A stretch of DNA of 64,000 bases, from assembly GCA_963848135.1 (NCBI GenBank), contig CAWKCK010000002.1, positions 248,001 through 312,000 on the forward strand, read 5' to 3'. Every line of letters begins with the position of its first letter. Positions within the stretch are counted from its first letter, which is position 1. The translations under genes were made by a program, and so were the position numbers. This stretch comes from an uncultured delta proteobacterium. GTDB taxonomy: Bacteria; Desulfobacterota; Desulfobacteria; Desulfobacterales; SG8-13. This document shows positions 1 through 10,260 of this stretch, piece by piece. The notes below the pieces were generated by a model. It was not told where the DNA came from, searched no databases, and was given only the letters and a program-made list of their open reading frames with translations.

Positions 1-1864
1 TAGGTCCAGGATCGAAGAACCCCTCTTGCTGCAGCCTTGTTTTATCCAATAGCGCTTCGGCCCAATCGCGCAGGGGCCCCCGCAGCCAATCATCGATCGG
101 TACGCCGAAACCCATCTTCGGACGATCGATAAGTTGACGCGGCACATATTGATACAGCACCTGACGCAGCAGCCACTTGCCCTCGCCGTTGCGAATCTTG
201 AGGTTCATAGGTAACCGCCAGGCGAACTCCACCACGCGATGATCGATCAGCGGCACACGGGCCTCCAGGCTCACCCCCATACTGGCGCGGTCCACTTTGG
301 TGAGAATATCGTCCGGCATATAGCTCACCAGGTCCGTGTACATCATACGCTCGGTGTAGTCGGCCTGAGTGGCACGGCGGGTCGGATCCGTCAGCGCCGT
401 TGGGGGTTCAAATGCATCCAACACAACATCCGCAGGGTTGGGCCAATGCGAAACAATCTGCCGATAAAGCTCATCCGGCGAAGGCATGCAAAGCACTTCC
501 GCCAAACGCTGCACCTTGTAGCCCGGCATCCGCACCCGAAAGCGGGTCGGCAATATCGGCATCAACATTTCCAATACCCTGTCCCAGAATTCTGACGGCG
601 CCATGCGCAGCCCGTTTGCCACTCTTGCGCGCAGCTGGACGGGTATCCAGCCCAGGCTATCCCATAACCTCCGCCCCCAGAAATAGCGGTTGTATCCGGA
701 GAACAACTCGTCACCACCATCGCCGGACAAACTCACCGTCACATGTTTTCGGGCAAGCTTTGAAACGAGAAAAGTGGGAATTTGGGATGAGTCCGCGAAA
801 GGCTCATCGTACAGACACGGCAATTCGGGTATGACGTTAAGCGTCTGCTGCGGTGTTACGTAAAGCTCGACATGATCCGTGCCCAAGTGTCTCGCCACGG
901 CTTTGGCATACTTTCCTTCATCGTATTTTGATTCGTTAAAGCCGATGGAAAAAGTCTTTACAGGCCGATCGGACTGTGCCTGCATGAGAGCGACCACTGT
1001 GGAGGAATCGACACCGCCGGAGAGAAAAGCGCCCAACGGGACGTCTGCCACCATGCGCATACCGATAGCGCTGCGGAGTAATGCATCAAGCTGCCGAACG
1101 GCATCGGCCTCACTACCGTCGTAACGGTGGTCCGCAGCCTGTTCCGTAATTTCACGCGCAGACCAGTAAGTCACGGTGCGCCGGTCCAAATCCTCCAGCG
1201 ACCTCTGTACAAATGCCGTATCCGCATCGAGCTGCAATATCACTCCAGGCATTAACTTATAAATGCCCTCATAAATCGAATACGGTGCGGGTATATAGTT
1301 ATGCCGTAACAGCAAGGCCAGGGCGTTTCTGTTCACGGGATTGTCGAAGCCGGGGTATTCACGCAGTGCCTTGAGTTCAGAACCGAACACCAGCGCACCG
1401 GACACCCAACCATAGAAGAGCGGTTTAATACCCAGTCGGTCCCGCACCAACGAGAGTAAGCGCGTTTCGCGGTCCCACAAGGCAAAGGCAAACATGCCGA
1501 TAAACCGCTTGACAGACGCTTTCAGTCCCCAGGCCTCAATCGCGGCAAGCATCACTTCGGTGTCGGAATACCCCCGAAAACGAAAGCCGGCCGATTCCAG
1601 GTCGCGGCGCAGTTCGGAAAAATTATAAACTTCACCGTTGAACACGATCACATACCGGCCGGAGACCGAGGCCATCGGTTGATGACCTTCGGGCGAGAGA
1701 TCGAGGATGGAAAGCCGACGGTGCCCGAGAGCAAGCCCGGCATCGGGATCGTGCCAGAATCCGGCATCATCGGGACCGCGGTGAGTGACGGCATTCGTCA
1801 TAGAGGACAGAATTTCTTCCCCATATACACCATGTTTACACCAGTAACCTGCAATTCCACACAT
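1..1864 (-). CDS. asnB: Asparagine synthase (glutamine-hydrolysing) family amidotransferase, 3' end outside the window; missing from the ORF track
   Basis: Manual translation from ATG at 1864 gives MCGIAG...HRGPDD (Ntn Cys2), [25 protein letters not shown]...EARVP and RPKMGF. The frame is open to the window edge. Confidence 0.93.
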   Translation of the reverse strand, partial: MCGIAGYWCKHGVYGEEILSSMTNAVTHRGPDDAGFWHDPDAGLALGHRRLSILDLSPEGHQPMASVSGRYVIVFNGEVYNFSELRRDLESAGFRFRGYSDTEVMLAAIEAWGLKASVKRFIGMFAFALWDRETRLLSLVRDRLGIKPLFYGWVSGALVFGSELKALREYPGFDNPVNRNALALLLRHNYIPAPYSIYEGIYKLMPGVILQLDADTAFVQRSLEDLDRRTVTYWSAREITEQAADHRYDGSEADAVRQLDALLRSAIGMRMVADVPLGAFLSGGVDSSTVVALMQAQSDRPVKTFSIGFNESKYDEGKYAKAVARHLGTDHVELYVTPQQTLNVIPELPCLYDEPFADSSQIPTFLVSKLARKHVTVSLSGDGGDELFSGYNRYFWGRRLWDSLGWIPVQLRARVANGLRMAPSEFWDRVLEMLMPILPTRFRVRMPGYKVQRLAEVLCMPSPDELYRQIVSHWPNPADVVLDAFEPPTALTDPTRRATQADYTERMMYTDLVSYMPDDILTKVDRASMGVSLEARVPLIDHRVVEFAWRLPMNLKIRNGEGKWLLRQVLYQYVPRQLIDRPKMGFGVPIDDWLRGPLRDWAEALLDKTRLQQEGFFDPGP

Positions 1865-2045
1865 GATTGGATTTGTCAGTTCTCAGAATTAGGTACAAGA
1901 AGGATCGGCGGGGTCGAAACAAAGTAATGGAAACGAGGGCATACAGGGATCGTCCGTCGATGGCACTTGCTCATAGACACAAGTGTCAAGGCCAAATTCT
2001 TCAACGCCACTACTATATCGATGCCATACGGTGAGGAGCAAAAAT

Positions 2046-2888
2046 TCAACCTGCACCCTCACGGCGATAAACGTGTTCGTCACAGCCAGACCCAAAAATA
2101 CCGGAATATCTCCCCAAAAGCCGACTGCGACTGACAAGCGAACGTACCTCGGAAAAATCCAATCCGTTCATAAGCAGCTTAACCCTATCAGGCGAGATTG
2201 ATTCATAAGGCCATCCCCCCATCCAGTCATGTACGTCGTGATAAAAATCCATGCCGCGTTTGCCGTGATACATCTGTACGTAATGTTTGAAATTTCGACC
2301 GGTCAGTAAAAAGCCTATCCTGAAAGCGAACACGTATGCAGAGCGTGCACGAGATTGAGCCTTTGGCGAGGTGTGAGCATACCAGTGCTTTTCAATCTTC
2401 CATAATCCGCACATCCATGTTTGTCTATAAAGTGCAAAAATTATGATTCCAAAAGGGGCCACCAAGGATGCGGCGTTGCGGACGGCGCGATACATATCGC
2501 CCGTATGATGCAATACCCCCCAGGAATAAACCACATCAAATTTCCCGAATTCTGTTGACCCCAGGTCGAATACGCTGCGTTGTATCACTTTGAAATTCCC
2601 GTCCGGAAAATGGCGATCGAGAACCGAACGGGTTGTCGCTACCGAATCAGGGTCGATATCCAGGGCAACGACCTCCGCAGCACCCAGTATCAATGCGGCG
2701 AGGCTATGCACCCCCGACCCACAACCAATATCGAGAAATCGCCTTCCATCCAGGCGCTCTTCCCCCAACAGGCGTGATAGCCCCTCCAAGGCCTCCTTGA
2801 TCTCAGTCTCACCAATCTTTTGGGCATATTCCGCCCAGTTCTTTCCGAAAGCGAAGTGGGACTCTTGCGTTGTCAAATCGGCGTTCAT
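2046..2888 (-). CDS. Class I SAM-dependent methyltransferase (polysaccharide-cluster type)
   Basis: FLDIGCGSG motif I and FDVVYSWGVLHH; GAGGAG RBS before ATG 2888. Confidence 0.85.
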   Translation of the reverse strand: MNADLTTQESHFAFGKNWAEYAQKIGETEIKEALEGLSRLLGEERLDGRRFLDIGCGSGVHSLAALILGAAEVVALDIDPDSVATTRSVLDRHFPDGNFKVIQRSVFDLGSTEFGKFDVVYSWGVLHHTGDMYRAVRNAASLVAPFGIIIFALYRQTWMCGLWKIEKHWYAHTSPKAQSRARSAYVFAFRIGFLLTGRNFKHYVQMYHGKRGMDFYHDVHDWMGGWPYESISPDRVKLLMNGLDFSEVRSLVSRSRLLGRYSGIFGSGCDEHVYRREGAG

Positions 2889-3009
2889 TTCGCTCCTCTC
2901 GACAAAAAGCCGCAAACGGCATTAACAGTCGGATTTTGCCTTGTTCTGCCTGCGCTCATGACGTTTTTCAACACCCTTTAAACCCTGACCAAAGCCAGAC
3001 ATAAAACTT

Positions 3010-4182
3010 TCATCCCTTCTTATTAATCAGCTTTTCGTACAAGGTGGCGTATCGGTCTGCAATCTTTGGCAAGGAAAATCTATCCTTGACATGTTGGCGG
3101 CCAGCGGCGCCGAGTTCAACCCGTCTTTGCGGATCGAGATGCAGCAGCTCACTCACAGCCGCTGCCAGAGTGGCCGAATCGCGGGGTGGCACGACCCGCC
3201 CATGCCCGCCCAGCAATTGTGCCGAGTCTCCCACATCCGTCGCCACGCAAAGCACGCCGCAGGCCATACCCTCTCCCAACACATTGGGGAAAGATTCTGC
3301 CCTGGAGGCTGACACCAAAACGTCCAAGGCCGCCATTACGGCGGGAACATCGAACACCTCGCCAAGCAGGTGAACACAAGCTGACAATCCCAGGGAGCTG
3401 ACCATGTCCAGCAGCTCGGCATTTTCCCCATCGACGCCTCTTCCGGCCAACACAAAATGCGCATCACTGCATCGCTCCAGCACTGCGGCTGCCCCACGCA
3501 GGAAATTGGCGTGATCCTTTATTGGGTGCCAGCGGGCAACCATCCCGATCAATGGCACATCCGCATCCACCCCCAGCGCCTTTCTGAAAACCAGGCGATT
3601 TTCAGGGGATGATCTGAAGCGGTCGATGTCGAAACCATTGGGAATGACACGGGCATGACGACAGTCATATCCTACGGCTTCATGCTGGGGGCGGCTGGTG
3701 TTCGAGTTGTAAACAATCGCCGGCACCCTCGACGACAAAGCAGCGCCCAGGCGGATCACACAGCGAGTCAGGCGCTTCTCGCAGTGGATGTCATATAGAG
3801 ATTGCCGGATATTCCATACCACTGGTGCTCCGTGCGTCCAACGTTGCGCTATCCAGGCCGCCAAATTGCCGTGGTACATCCATCCCTGAATAACATCTGG
3901 CTTGAACGCCCCCACCAACCGGCGCATCGACAGAATTGCGGGCAGAGGCGGAATGCCGGAATGAATTTTCAAACTATAAACCGGAATCCCAAGCGTGGAG
4001 ATACGCTCACCGACCGGACCCGGCGGCATCAGCGATAAAACGGAAGAATCGAACCGGCTGCCACACATTGCGTCCAGGAGCTTGTAAAGCATCATTTCGC
4101 TGCCGCCCGTTTGCAGGCCGGTAATGATATGAAGGAGCCTCAATACTCTTTCCCAAAATACAGGCGCTGCCGGGTAGCCCAT
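3010..4182 (-). CDS. GT4 family glycosyltransferase
   Basis: HIITGLQTGGSE N-terminus and ESFPNVLGEGMACG (ExxxxxxxE motif). The start may be about 13 codons downstream. Confidence 0.9.
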   Translation of the reverse strand: MGYPAAPVFWERVLRLLHIITGLQTGGSEMMLYKLLDAMCGSRFDSSVLSLMPPGPVGERISTLGIPVYSLKIHSGIPPLPAILSMRRLVGAFKPDVIQGWMYHGNLAAWIAQRWTHGAPVVWNIRQSLYDIHCEKRLTRCVIRLGAALSSRVPAIVYNSNTSRPQHEAVGYDCRHARVIPNGFDIDRFRSSPENRLVFRKALGVDADVPLIGMVARWHPIKDHANFLRGAAAVLERCSDAHFVLAGRGVDGENAELLDMVSSLGLSACVHLLGEVFDVPAVMAALDVLVSASRAESFPNVLGEGMACGVLCVATDVGDSAQLLGGHGRVVPPRDSATLAAAVSELLHLDPQRRVELGAAGRQHVKDRFSLPKIADRYATLYEKLINKKG

Positions 4183-4459
4183 TCGTTGACGTGATAGTGC
4201 GTATCCCTCAGGCGTACAAAATTAATAAGCGGCCTCGCTTTTGAATACCCCAGCGCGATTCGCGGGAGGGGATGGATCAGCATTTATCTCAGACCGATTC
4301 CCGCTGTGCCAGGTCACGATGACCGACAGGACCCATCCGCGCTTGTTCAGAATAAATCCAGTCCAGCAGACTTTACTGTCGCCATCGCGAAACGGATGCA
4401 TGATCGTGAAAAGGCGGTATAAAAGGGCGAATCAGGCTCCGGACAAAAGCGGCAAGGCG

Positions 4460-5557
4460 TCATTTTGTGACGCCCAGTATTGACAAATACGACTCAACTG
4501 CCCGATCGGTATTGAATTCGCTCGCACGGTCGGTGACCTGCGCCTGGTTTGGATCGTCGAGTGTTGCCTCAACCGCTTGCGCCAGCGCATCGGTGTCTCC
4601 GACCGGCACCAAACGTCCCCAACGGCCGTTTTCTAAAATTTCTGCAGGGCCTGAAGGGCAGTCGGTGCTGACTACCGGCGTTCCGCAGGCCATTGCCTCG
4701 ATCAATACGTTAGGCAATCCTTCCCACCGCGAAGAAAGAACGAACAGTGCGGCGTTACGCATCCAGGGAAAGGGATTTTCAACAAACCCCGGCATTAGTA
4801 CGTCATCAGCAATTCCAAGCGCCTGCGCCAGTTTTTCCAACTCATTCCGAAATTCACCCTCGCCGAGTATGACCAGACGCACTAGCCTCCTATCGCGCAC
4901 TTTCGCAAAGGCCTGCAACAAAAAGGCGAAACCCTTTTCCTCGATAAGCCGGCCAACGCCCAAAACTACCGGTGGTTCGCCCGGTTTGAACCACGAATGC
5001 TCCAATGCCGTGTGCGACTTCTCGATCAATTCATCGGAAACGACTGGATTGTATACGACGCTCATTTTTTCAGGTGGTAAACCAATCTCTTCAGCCAGAT
5101 CGTTCGCGACCCCTTGGGATACGCAGAGCACCTTGTCGGCTCTGGGATAGAACCAGCGCATCAACCAAGTCATGAGGCGACCACGAAAAAGTGATGGTTT
5201 AGATAGCGACAACGTGCTGCGTTCACTGACCACCAGCCTAAATCGGACCCGTGATAGCGAACGGGCCATTATGGCAATCACGTTGGCGTAGTTGAGCGCC
5301 GATAGCATCGCTTGCTGCCGCTCACGTCTCAAGTAACGCACAAGTCCGGGCAAACTTGTTGCCACTCTGGTACTGCGCAGATCCACGACACGAACCGCTG
5401 GCGACACATTCTGAAATAACGCTCCCTGCGCACTCGCAAGCACCAAGTCCACGGCAAGCCCTCTTGAGGCAAAAGCATTTGCCAGCGTCACCATCATCCG
5501 CTCGGCACCGCCACAATGCAGGCTGGGAATATAAATGGCTATCCGCTGTAATTTCAT
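4460..5557 (-). CDS. GT4 family glycosyltransferase
   Basis: GGAER, VGRL...KG and EGLPNVLIEAMACG motifs. Confidence 0.92.
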   Translation of the reverse strand: MKLQRIAIYIPSLHCGGAERMMVTLANAFASRGLAVDLVLASAQGALFQNVSPAVRVVDLRSTRVATSLPGLVRYLRRERQQAMLSALNYANVIAIMARSLSRVRFRLVVSERSTLSLSKPSLFRGRLMTWLMRWFYPRADKVLCVSQGVANDLAEEIGLPPEKMSVVYNPVVSDELIEKSHTALEHSWFKPGEPPVVLGVGRLIEEKGFAFLLQAFAKVRDRRLVRLVILGEGEFRNELEKLAQALGIADDVLMPGFVENPFPWMRNAALFVLSSRWEGLPNVLIEAMACGTPVVSTDCPSGPAEILENGRWGRLVPVGDTDALAQAVEATLDDPNQAQVTDRASEFNTDRAVESYLSILGVTK

Positions 5558-5560
5558 CGT

Positions 5561-6259
5561 TCAGGGCTTTGGAGATTTGTGGGCAATGAAGACCAAATGC
5601 GGATCAGAAATGCCTTCGCCCAAGCGCGCTAACACGAGGCGAAAGATCGACTTGAAGAGGTTTTTAATTCCTCTTCGCTGCCAGTCAACAAAGGATGTCA
5701 CAATGATCTTGTCAACTTTGAATTCACTGCGTTCAAGCACGAAACGCATTCGATCCTTGTCAAAGGATTGGACATGCCCAAATTTGTGAAAAACTTTGCC
5801 GCAATCTGGACAAACCACAATATTTGAATTCAAATCTTCTCGATAGGGTGTGGAAATTAAGAGAGACCCTTGAGGCTTGAGGACTCGCAGGACATTGTCA
5901 AGTGCACCCGCTAAAGACTCATCGTCTAAATGCTCGAGAACTTCTGACATCACAACGACATCGAAGCGTTCTTTCTCAATCTCGGTCGGCATTGACTCAG
6001 CAAAGCCGACTTGTGCTCGCCCTGCCAACCCCAATGATTCACGTAGACGTTCGATTGCATTGCGATTGGGGTCCAGACTATACATATTGACGCCTTTGGC
6101 GACACCCAATCTCTCCAGGGCGCCGCTTCCAACGCCGATATTCAAAACGTCCTGAGATGGTTTCAGGTAACGCAACATGAAGCGCTGGCGTGCCTCAGAA
6201 AACGTGTCAGGATTCAATCCATCATTTTGAAAATATTCCCAGATTTTCTGTTGTTCCAT
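5561..6259 (-). CDS. Class I SAM-dependent methyltransferase with a CxxC motif
   Basis: VLNIGVGSG, FDVVVMSEVLEH and CPDCG. Confidence 0.85.
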   Translation of the reverse strand: MEQQKIWEYFQNDGLNPDTFSEARQRFMLRYLKPSQDVLNIGVGSGALERLGVAKGVNMYSLDPNRNAIERLRESLGLAGRAQVGFAESMPTEIEKERFDVVVMSEVLEHLDDESLAGALDNVLRVLKPQGSLLISTPYREDLNSNIVVCPDCGKVFHKFGHVQSFDKDRMRFVLERSEFKVDKIIVTSFVDWQRRGIKNLFKSIFRLVLARLGEGISDPHLVFIAHKSPKP

Positions 6260-6305
6260 TTAAAACGCTCTCAACATTTCCGCCGAGCTCCACTATTCAT
6301 TGTAT

Positions 6306-7730
6306 TCAGGATAGCCAGTGCTTGGCGACCGCCTTGCGCAGTCCTCCCAGGTCGACGGCAAAGGCAATGAACGAAGCCATGAGGAGACCAAGCAGCAACC
6401 CGGTCCCCAGCTTGATCCAAACCACCTCGCTGAGATCCGCACCCAACAGGGTCGCTGCGCCGACAAGCAAAGCAATGAACCCGGCCTTTGCCAAAATGGG
6501 CATCATTGAGGGCATATGAAATAATCTAAACCCCAGCCATGCGCTGGTGGCTACAGCAACGAGGTATGCAGAGAGTGTCGCCCAGGCAGCCCCAAGAATA
6601 CCAAAAGTCGGAATGAGAAGAAGGTTAAAAACCACGTTGATTGTAGCGGAAATTCCTCCCGTGAGAACCAGCCAGTGACTGGTCTTTTCCATGTGAAATG
6701 CGATGTCAAAATGAAAGGCTTTGATACCTGAGATAGCTGCGGCAAGTGCCACCCAGGGGAAAACCAGCAAGGCACCCGTTCGATATTTTTCACCAATAAT
6801 TAGTTCAATAATTTGCGGTCCTAATGCAATTAGCATCGTTACACCGACGAGGGCGGAGGTAATCAGCAACTCGCCATTTTTACGCAATTGCTCACGGGCC
6901 CGTTCTACGCCATTTTTCTCCAGGGCCCTTATTACCAAGGGGTAACCTGCTGTATTGAGGATCGTTAGCACCAACGTCAAGCTCTGAAATGCCAGATCGT
7001 ATCCGGCGGCATAGACGCCGACAGTATGCTCATCTATCAACCAGCCAAGTAGCAGTTTGTCGGACCCGGACATCACCCAGCCTAAGGCAAAGGTCACCGT
7101 AAGCGGTAAGCCATAGCTCAACTGAGTACGTAAAGACGCCGTATCAGGCCAATAAGGCGAAATACCGCGCCAGGCCGAACTGGCAAAAATCAAAAAGGCG
7201 GCCAGGTAGGCGACGATCAAGCCCGTAATTGGTGCATTCGATCCCAGCCCCACCCAAGCCAGAATACCGCCGAGTCCCAAGGCCACTATCGCCTTGCTGA
7301 TGAGCAACTTGCCGTACCATGCCGGCTTGATCTGTACTTGCGCCAACACGAGATTGAGTTCAAACCAGGCTTGCGCGAATAACAAAACCAGCGCCAAAAG
7401 GAGCAGTTGTTTCCATGTTTGGTCAACCCAAAACAAAATGACGAGACAGCCGATGCCAGCAATCGCAACGGTGAGAACCAAAAACAACGCCAATATGCCG
7501 CCAAGGAATCTCTCGGGTTGATTCTCATTAACGGCCCAAAAACGGCCCAGCACCAGATTCAACCACTGAAAAAACATGACATTAGCAAGACCTACACCCG
7601 CCAGCGCCAATGCATAGCGCCCAAACTCATCAGGTGCCAGCAGGCGCGAATAAACCGCGAGGGCGGCGAAATTGATCAATCCGGGTCCGCCTCGCGCCAG
7701 CAAATAATAGAGGCTATGTCTAATGAGCAT
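6306..7730 (-). CDS. wzx: Oligosaccharide flippase (Wzx/RfbX, MOP superfamily)
   Basis: Many hydrophobic segments, RLLAPDEFGRY, D-K-L-L-L-G...VGVY and FGILGAAWAT; polysaccharide gene context. Confidence 0.85.
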   Translation of the reverse strand: MLIRHSLYYLLARGGPGLINFAALAVYSRLLAPDEFGRYALALAGVGLANVMFFQWLNLVLGRFWAVNENQPERFLGGILALFLVLTVAIAGIGCLVILFWVDQTWKQLLLLALVLLFAQAWFELNLVLAQVQIKPAWYGKLLISKAIVALGLGGILAWVGLGSNAPITGLIVAYLAAFLIFASSAWRGISPYWPDTASLRTQLSYGLPLTVTFALGWVMSGSDKLLLGWLIDEHTVGVYAAGYDLAFQSLTLVLTILNTAGYPLVIRALEKNGVERAREQLRKNGELLITSALVGVTMLIALGPQIIELIIGEKYRTGALLVFPWVALAAAISGIKAFHFDIAFHMEKTSHWLVLTGGISATINVVFNLLLIPTFGILGAAWATLSAYLVAVATSAWLGFRLFHMPSMMPILAKAGFIALLVGAATLLGADLSEVVWIKLGTGLLLGLLMASFIAFAVDLGGLRKAVAKHWLS

Positions 7731-7820
7731 TATAAAAAATTTGCGCCATTGTTTTACCGGTTTGAGAGCGCTTTTTATCTGTCATACCGATGTGGCAATC
7801 ACATTGTCATGCAGTACGTA

Positions 7821-8402
7821 TTATCGAATCATCACAATGCGTTCGGGACCCATTTTTAGGTACCGGAGTCTTTCCGTCAAATTCTCCAAAGATTCGGTCG
7901 CTGTTATTAGTATTCGGTCGAAATCGATTGTGCTGAGCGCCTCGGTTGCCTGAATCGTATGGTTCAAAAATTCTTTACCGACGCGACGATCGTCCAATAC
8001 GGCGACCAATTCGATGTCAGATTCATGCAAGGTCAGGAATGCGATTTCGGCCAGATCGGTCGCGCCGATAAATACCAGTTTCTCTACCCCCTGTGCTCTT
8101 AAATTTCGAAACAATTTCTGGAGTTTTTTACGGGCATCTCTATAGAATCCATAGGAGTATTTGATGTATTCGTACGTCAGGCGGGTTTTCTCTGATGCAC
8201 CTTTAGATGTGAGCAAGTATCTCACCCTATTCTTGGGGATATGGGTAATTTTGAAATACCCTTTACTTGCCAGGCGTTTGACAAATGAATTGATCAATCC
8301 GACGGATACGTTCAGATTAATGGCAAGTTGCCGTTGACTCGGGGAATTGTTTCTTTCAATTTCCTCGAGGAGATGCAATGTTCGGAGGTCTTGGGGATTC
8401 AT
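7821..8402 (-). CDS. Winged-helix (MarR-like, EPS-associated) transcriptional regulator with a C-terminal Rossmann-like domain
   Basis: SQRQLA...VSVGLIN...RVRYLLTSKG wHTH, followed by VFIGATDLAE; first gene of the polysaccharide cluster. Confidence 0.8.
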   Translation of the reverse strand: MNPQDLRTLHLLEEIERNNSPSQRQLAINLNVSVGLINSFVKRLASKGYFKITHIPKNRVRYLLTSKGASEKTRLTYEYIKYSYGFYRDARKKLQKLFRNLRAQGVEKLVFIGATDLAEIAFLTLHESDIELVAVLDDRRVGKEFLNHTIQATEALSTIDFDRILITATESLENLTERLRYLKMGPERIVMIR

Positions 8403-8668
8403 CAGGGAGTGATACTCAGCCTGGGGTGAATTGCTGCGAAAATACTGCCTAAGCGGCTTCAAATGTTAAATATAATATTTGAAACGCTCACTTTAGATAT
8501 TAAATTGATGGGCGATATCTAATACTAAACCTGCAGGATAATTAGATAGGTCTCAATTCATTTTTTGTATGTGGACCGATATACAAATAAAGCTCCGCCG
8601 GGTGGATTACACACATATCCCTATGTAACTGATTGAAATAATATATATGTGTAGTCGGATGAGAGAGC

Positions 8669-8719
8669 GTTCAAAGTGTAAACGTTCAGCATTTGAACAT
8701 CTACAGAGAGAACTGTCAA
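8669..8719 (-). promoter_or_regulatory. Candidate promoter and tandem operator upstream of the EPS regulator
   Basis: TTGACA (minus strand, 8719-8714). Two abutting GTTCA-N5-T(G/A)AAC dyads at 8669-8683 and 8684-8698. Confidence 0.4.
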
Positions 8720-8830
8720 GCAGATTCTATTCAATCCTGAAGGGTTAACCGATGTGTGGTTGGTCAATACTGCGGTATGGATAGGATGAAAGTGGAAAAA
8801 GATCATTTATCGATGGACAATGGACGAAGG

Positions 8831-9466
8831 CTAATGCCAAGAGGTATCGAGCACTTCCTTGATTTTTTCCGCGGTTACCGGGCCGATTCCCTCGACTGTA
8901 TTCAACTTCTCAACGGATGCCGTCAAGGCACTGGAAACGGAGCCGAACCGTTTTAAAAGGCGCTTTGCGAGTTGCGGCCCTATTCCAGGTAGCCCTTGCA
9001 GGATATAAAGTTGCCGAGATGCCAGTTTGCGCGGGCGATAACCACCGCGCAAGGGCATATCATCTGCATTTTTCTCTATCTGTCGGGCAATGTTCTGCAT
9101 CATCTGCACGGAATCATTGCTTGACCTTGAATAAACGATGGGCAGATAAAATATAGTTTGAATTGTCAACATCGCCCCTCTGACTGAGGATCGATTGATG
9201 TCGATATCTGTTCGGAATGGATTCCCTTCGATGAGCAGCAGTGGAAGTTTGGTGTTGGTTTTCAAGCCGGCAGCCTGTTTGAATAATCTTCCGTCAATAA
9301 TCGATGCCACAAAATCCGAAGCCGTTTTCCGTTCGATGGTAATTCGGTTATTGATGATGTAATCGCCGTATGAGATTTTTTGAACAGCGACATCTATTCC
9401 CGCTCTGATCAAAAGCTCGATAATCCCTGAAGGCCTCTCACGATAATCGGCTGTGATTTTCATCAT
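8831..9466 (-). CDS. ERCC4/XPF-type structure-specific nuclease with C-terminal tandem HhH motifs
   Basis: ADYRE, GDY...IERKTASDF (GDxnERKx3D motif), IIDGRLFKQ and LLIEG; HhH motifs LPGIGP and VEGIGP. Confidence 0.85.
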   Translation of the reverse strand: MMKITADYRERPSGIIELLIRAGIDVAVQKISYGDYIINNRITIERKTASDFVASIIDGRLFKQAAGLKTNTKLPLLLIEGNPFRTDIDINRSSVRGAMLTIQTIFYLPIVYSRSSNDSVQMMQNIARQIEKNADDMPLRGGYRPRKLASRQLYILQGLPGIGPQLAKRLLKRFGSVSSALTASVEKLNTVEGIGPVTAEKIKEVLDTSWH

Positions 9467-9491
9467 TCTTTTAGTCTATTGTCTCAACCGA

Positions 9492-9526
9492 ACAGCCACC
9501 CGGCGGATCCTGCACCGGGTGGCTGT
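9492..9526. terminator. GC-rich 12-bp hairpin between comEA and the ERCC4 gene (terminator or processing stem)
   Basis: ACAGCCACCCGG / CCGGGTGGCTGT perfect inverted repeat; weak U-tract. Confidence 0.45.
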
Positions 9527-9563
9527 ATCGTCGGTCTACCTCAACCGAAGAAGTCTTTCTCCG

Positions 9564-9863
9564 TTATTGTTTCTTGACCCTGTTTTCGACGATAATTCGG
9601 TCTTTGTTAGATTCAAAGGTCTTTGCTCCGATCCCCGGGACCTTTACGAGATCTTCGGGTTTTTCAAAAGGACCATTGGATTCACGGTAGGTAACAATTT
9701 TGTCCGCATAGGCTGGACCGACACCTTTCAACTCGGACAATTCCTGCGAAGACGCGGTATTGATATTGATTTGGGGCAATTCGGCGGCCCAGACAGTGTT
9801 GAAAAGGACAATAGCGGTCAGGACGGCGGTGAGGACGGCAAAAGTTTTTGTGATCGTGTTCAT
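9564..9863 (-). CDS. comEA: ComEA family HhH DNA-binding protein with signal peptide
   Basis: Signal peptide ending VWA, then ININTAS..EL..LKGVG..A..IV.YRE.NGPF...EDL.KVPGIG; AAAGGAG RBS. Confidence 0.9.
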   Translation of the reverse strand: MNTITKTFAVLTAVLTAIVLFNTVWAAELPQININTASSQELSELKGVGPAYADKIVTYRESNGPFEKPEDLVKVPGIGAKTFESNKDRIIVENRVKKQ

Positions 9864-10002
9864 GAGACATTCTCCTTTCCTGTGGTTTGGTTGTTTGTGG
9901 TTGCGGCGCCGTTTGATTTGATTCATTGTTTATACTCCCGCTTCGAACCTGACAATCCCAAAAAAATGCGTATATTTCCCGTAATTTGATACTCCGGTTA
10001 CT

Positions 10003-10153
10003 TAGGTAGTTCCGTCCACCTGTGGCCCTTTTCTGGAATTTCGGCGTCTATATGCGAAATCGTTTGTGCGGCGTATATGAGTAAGCCTCCACGCAATTAA
10101 TCGATATTATTGGACTTTAAAAAAATTGTTCATTTCTGAATCGGAAACTGACC
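10003..10153. repeat. Intergenic imperfect-palindromic MITE-like element
   Basis: Imperfect terminal inverted repeats (GGTAGTTCC... / ...GGAAACTGACC) and a central hairpin. Single copy in the window. Confidence 0.35.
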
Positions 10154-10260
10154 AGTGCCCTTAATAAAAACCGTGGATGGGCATTATGTCATGTCCATAA
10201 CTATTAATTGCTGGCAGAAAATAGCCGACCAAGGTGGACGAAAAGGAAGGAATTTGGGAT

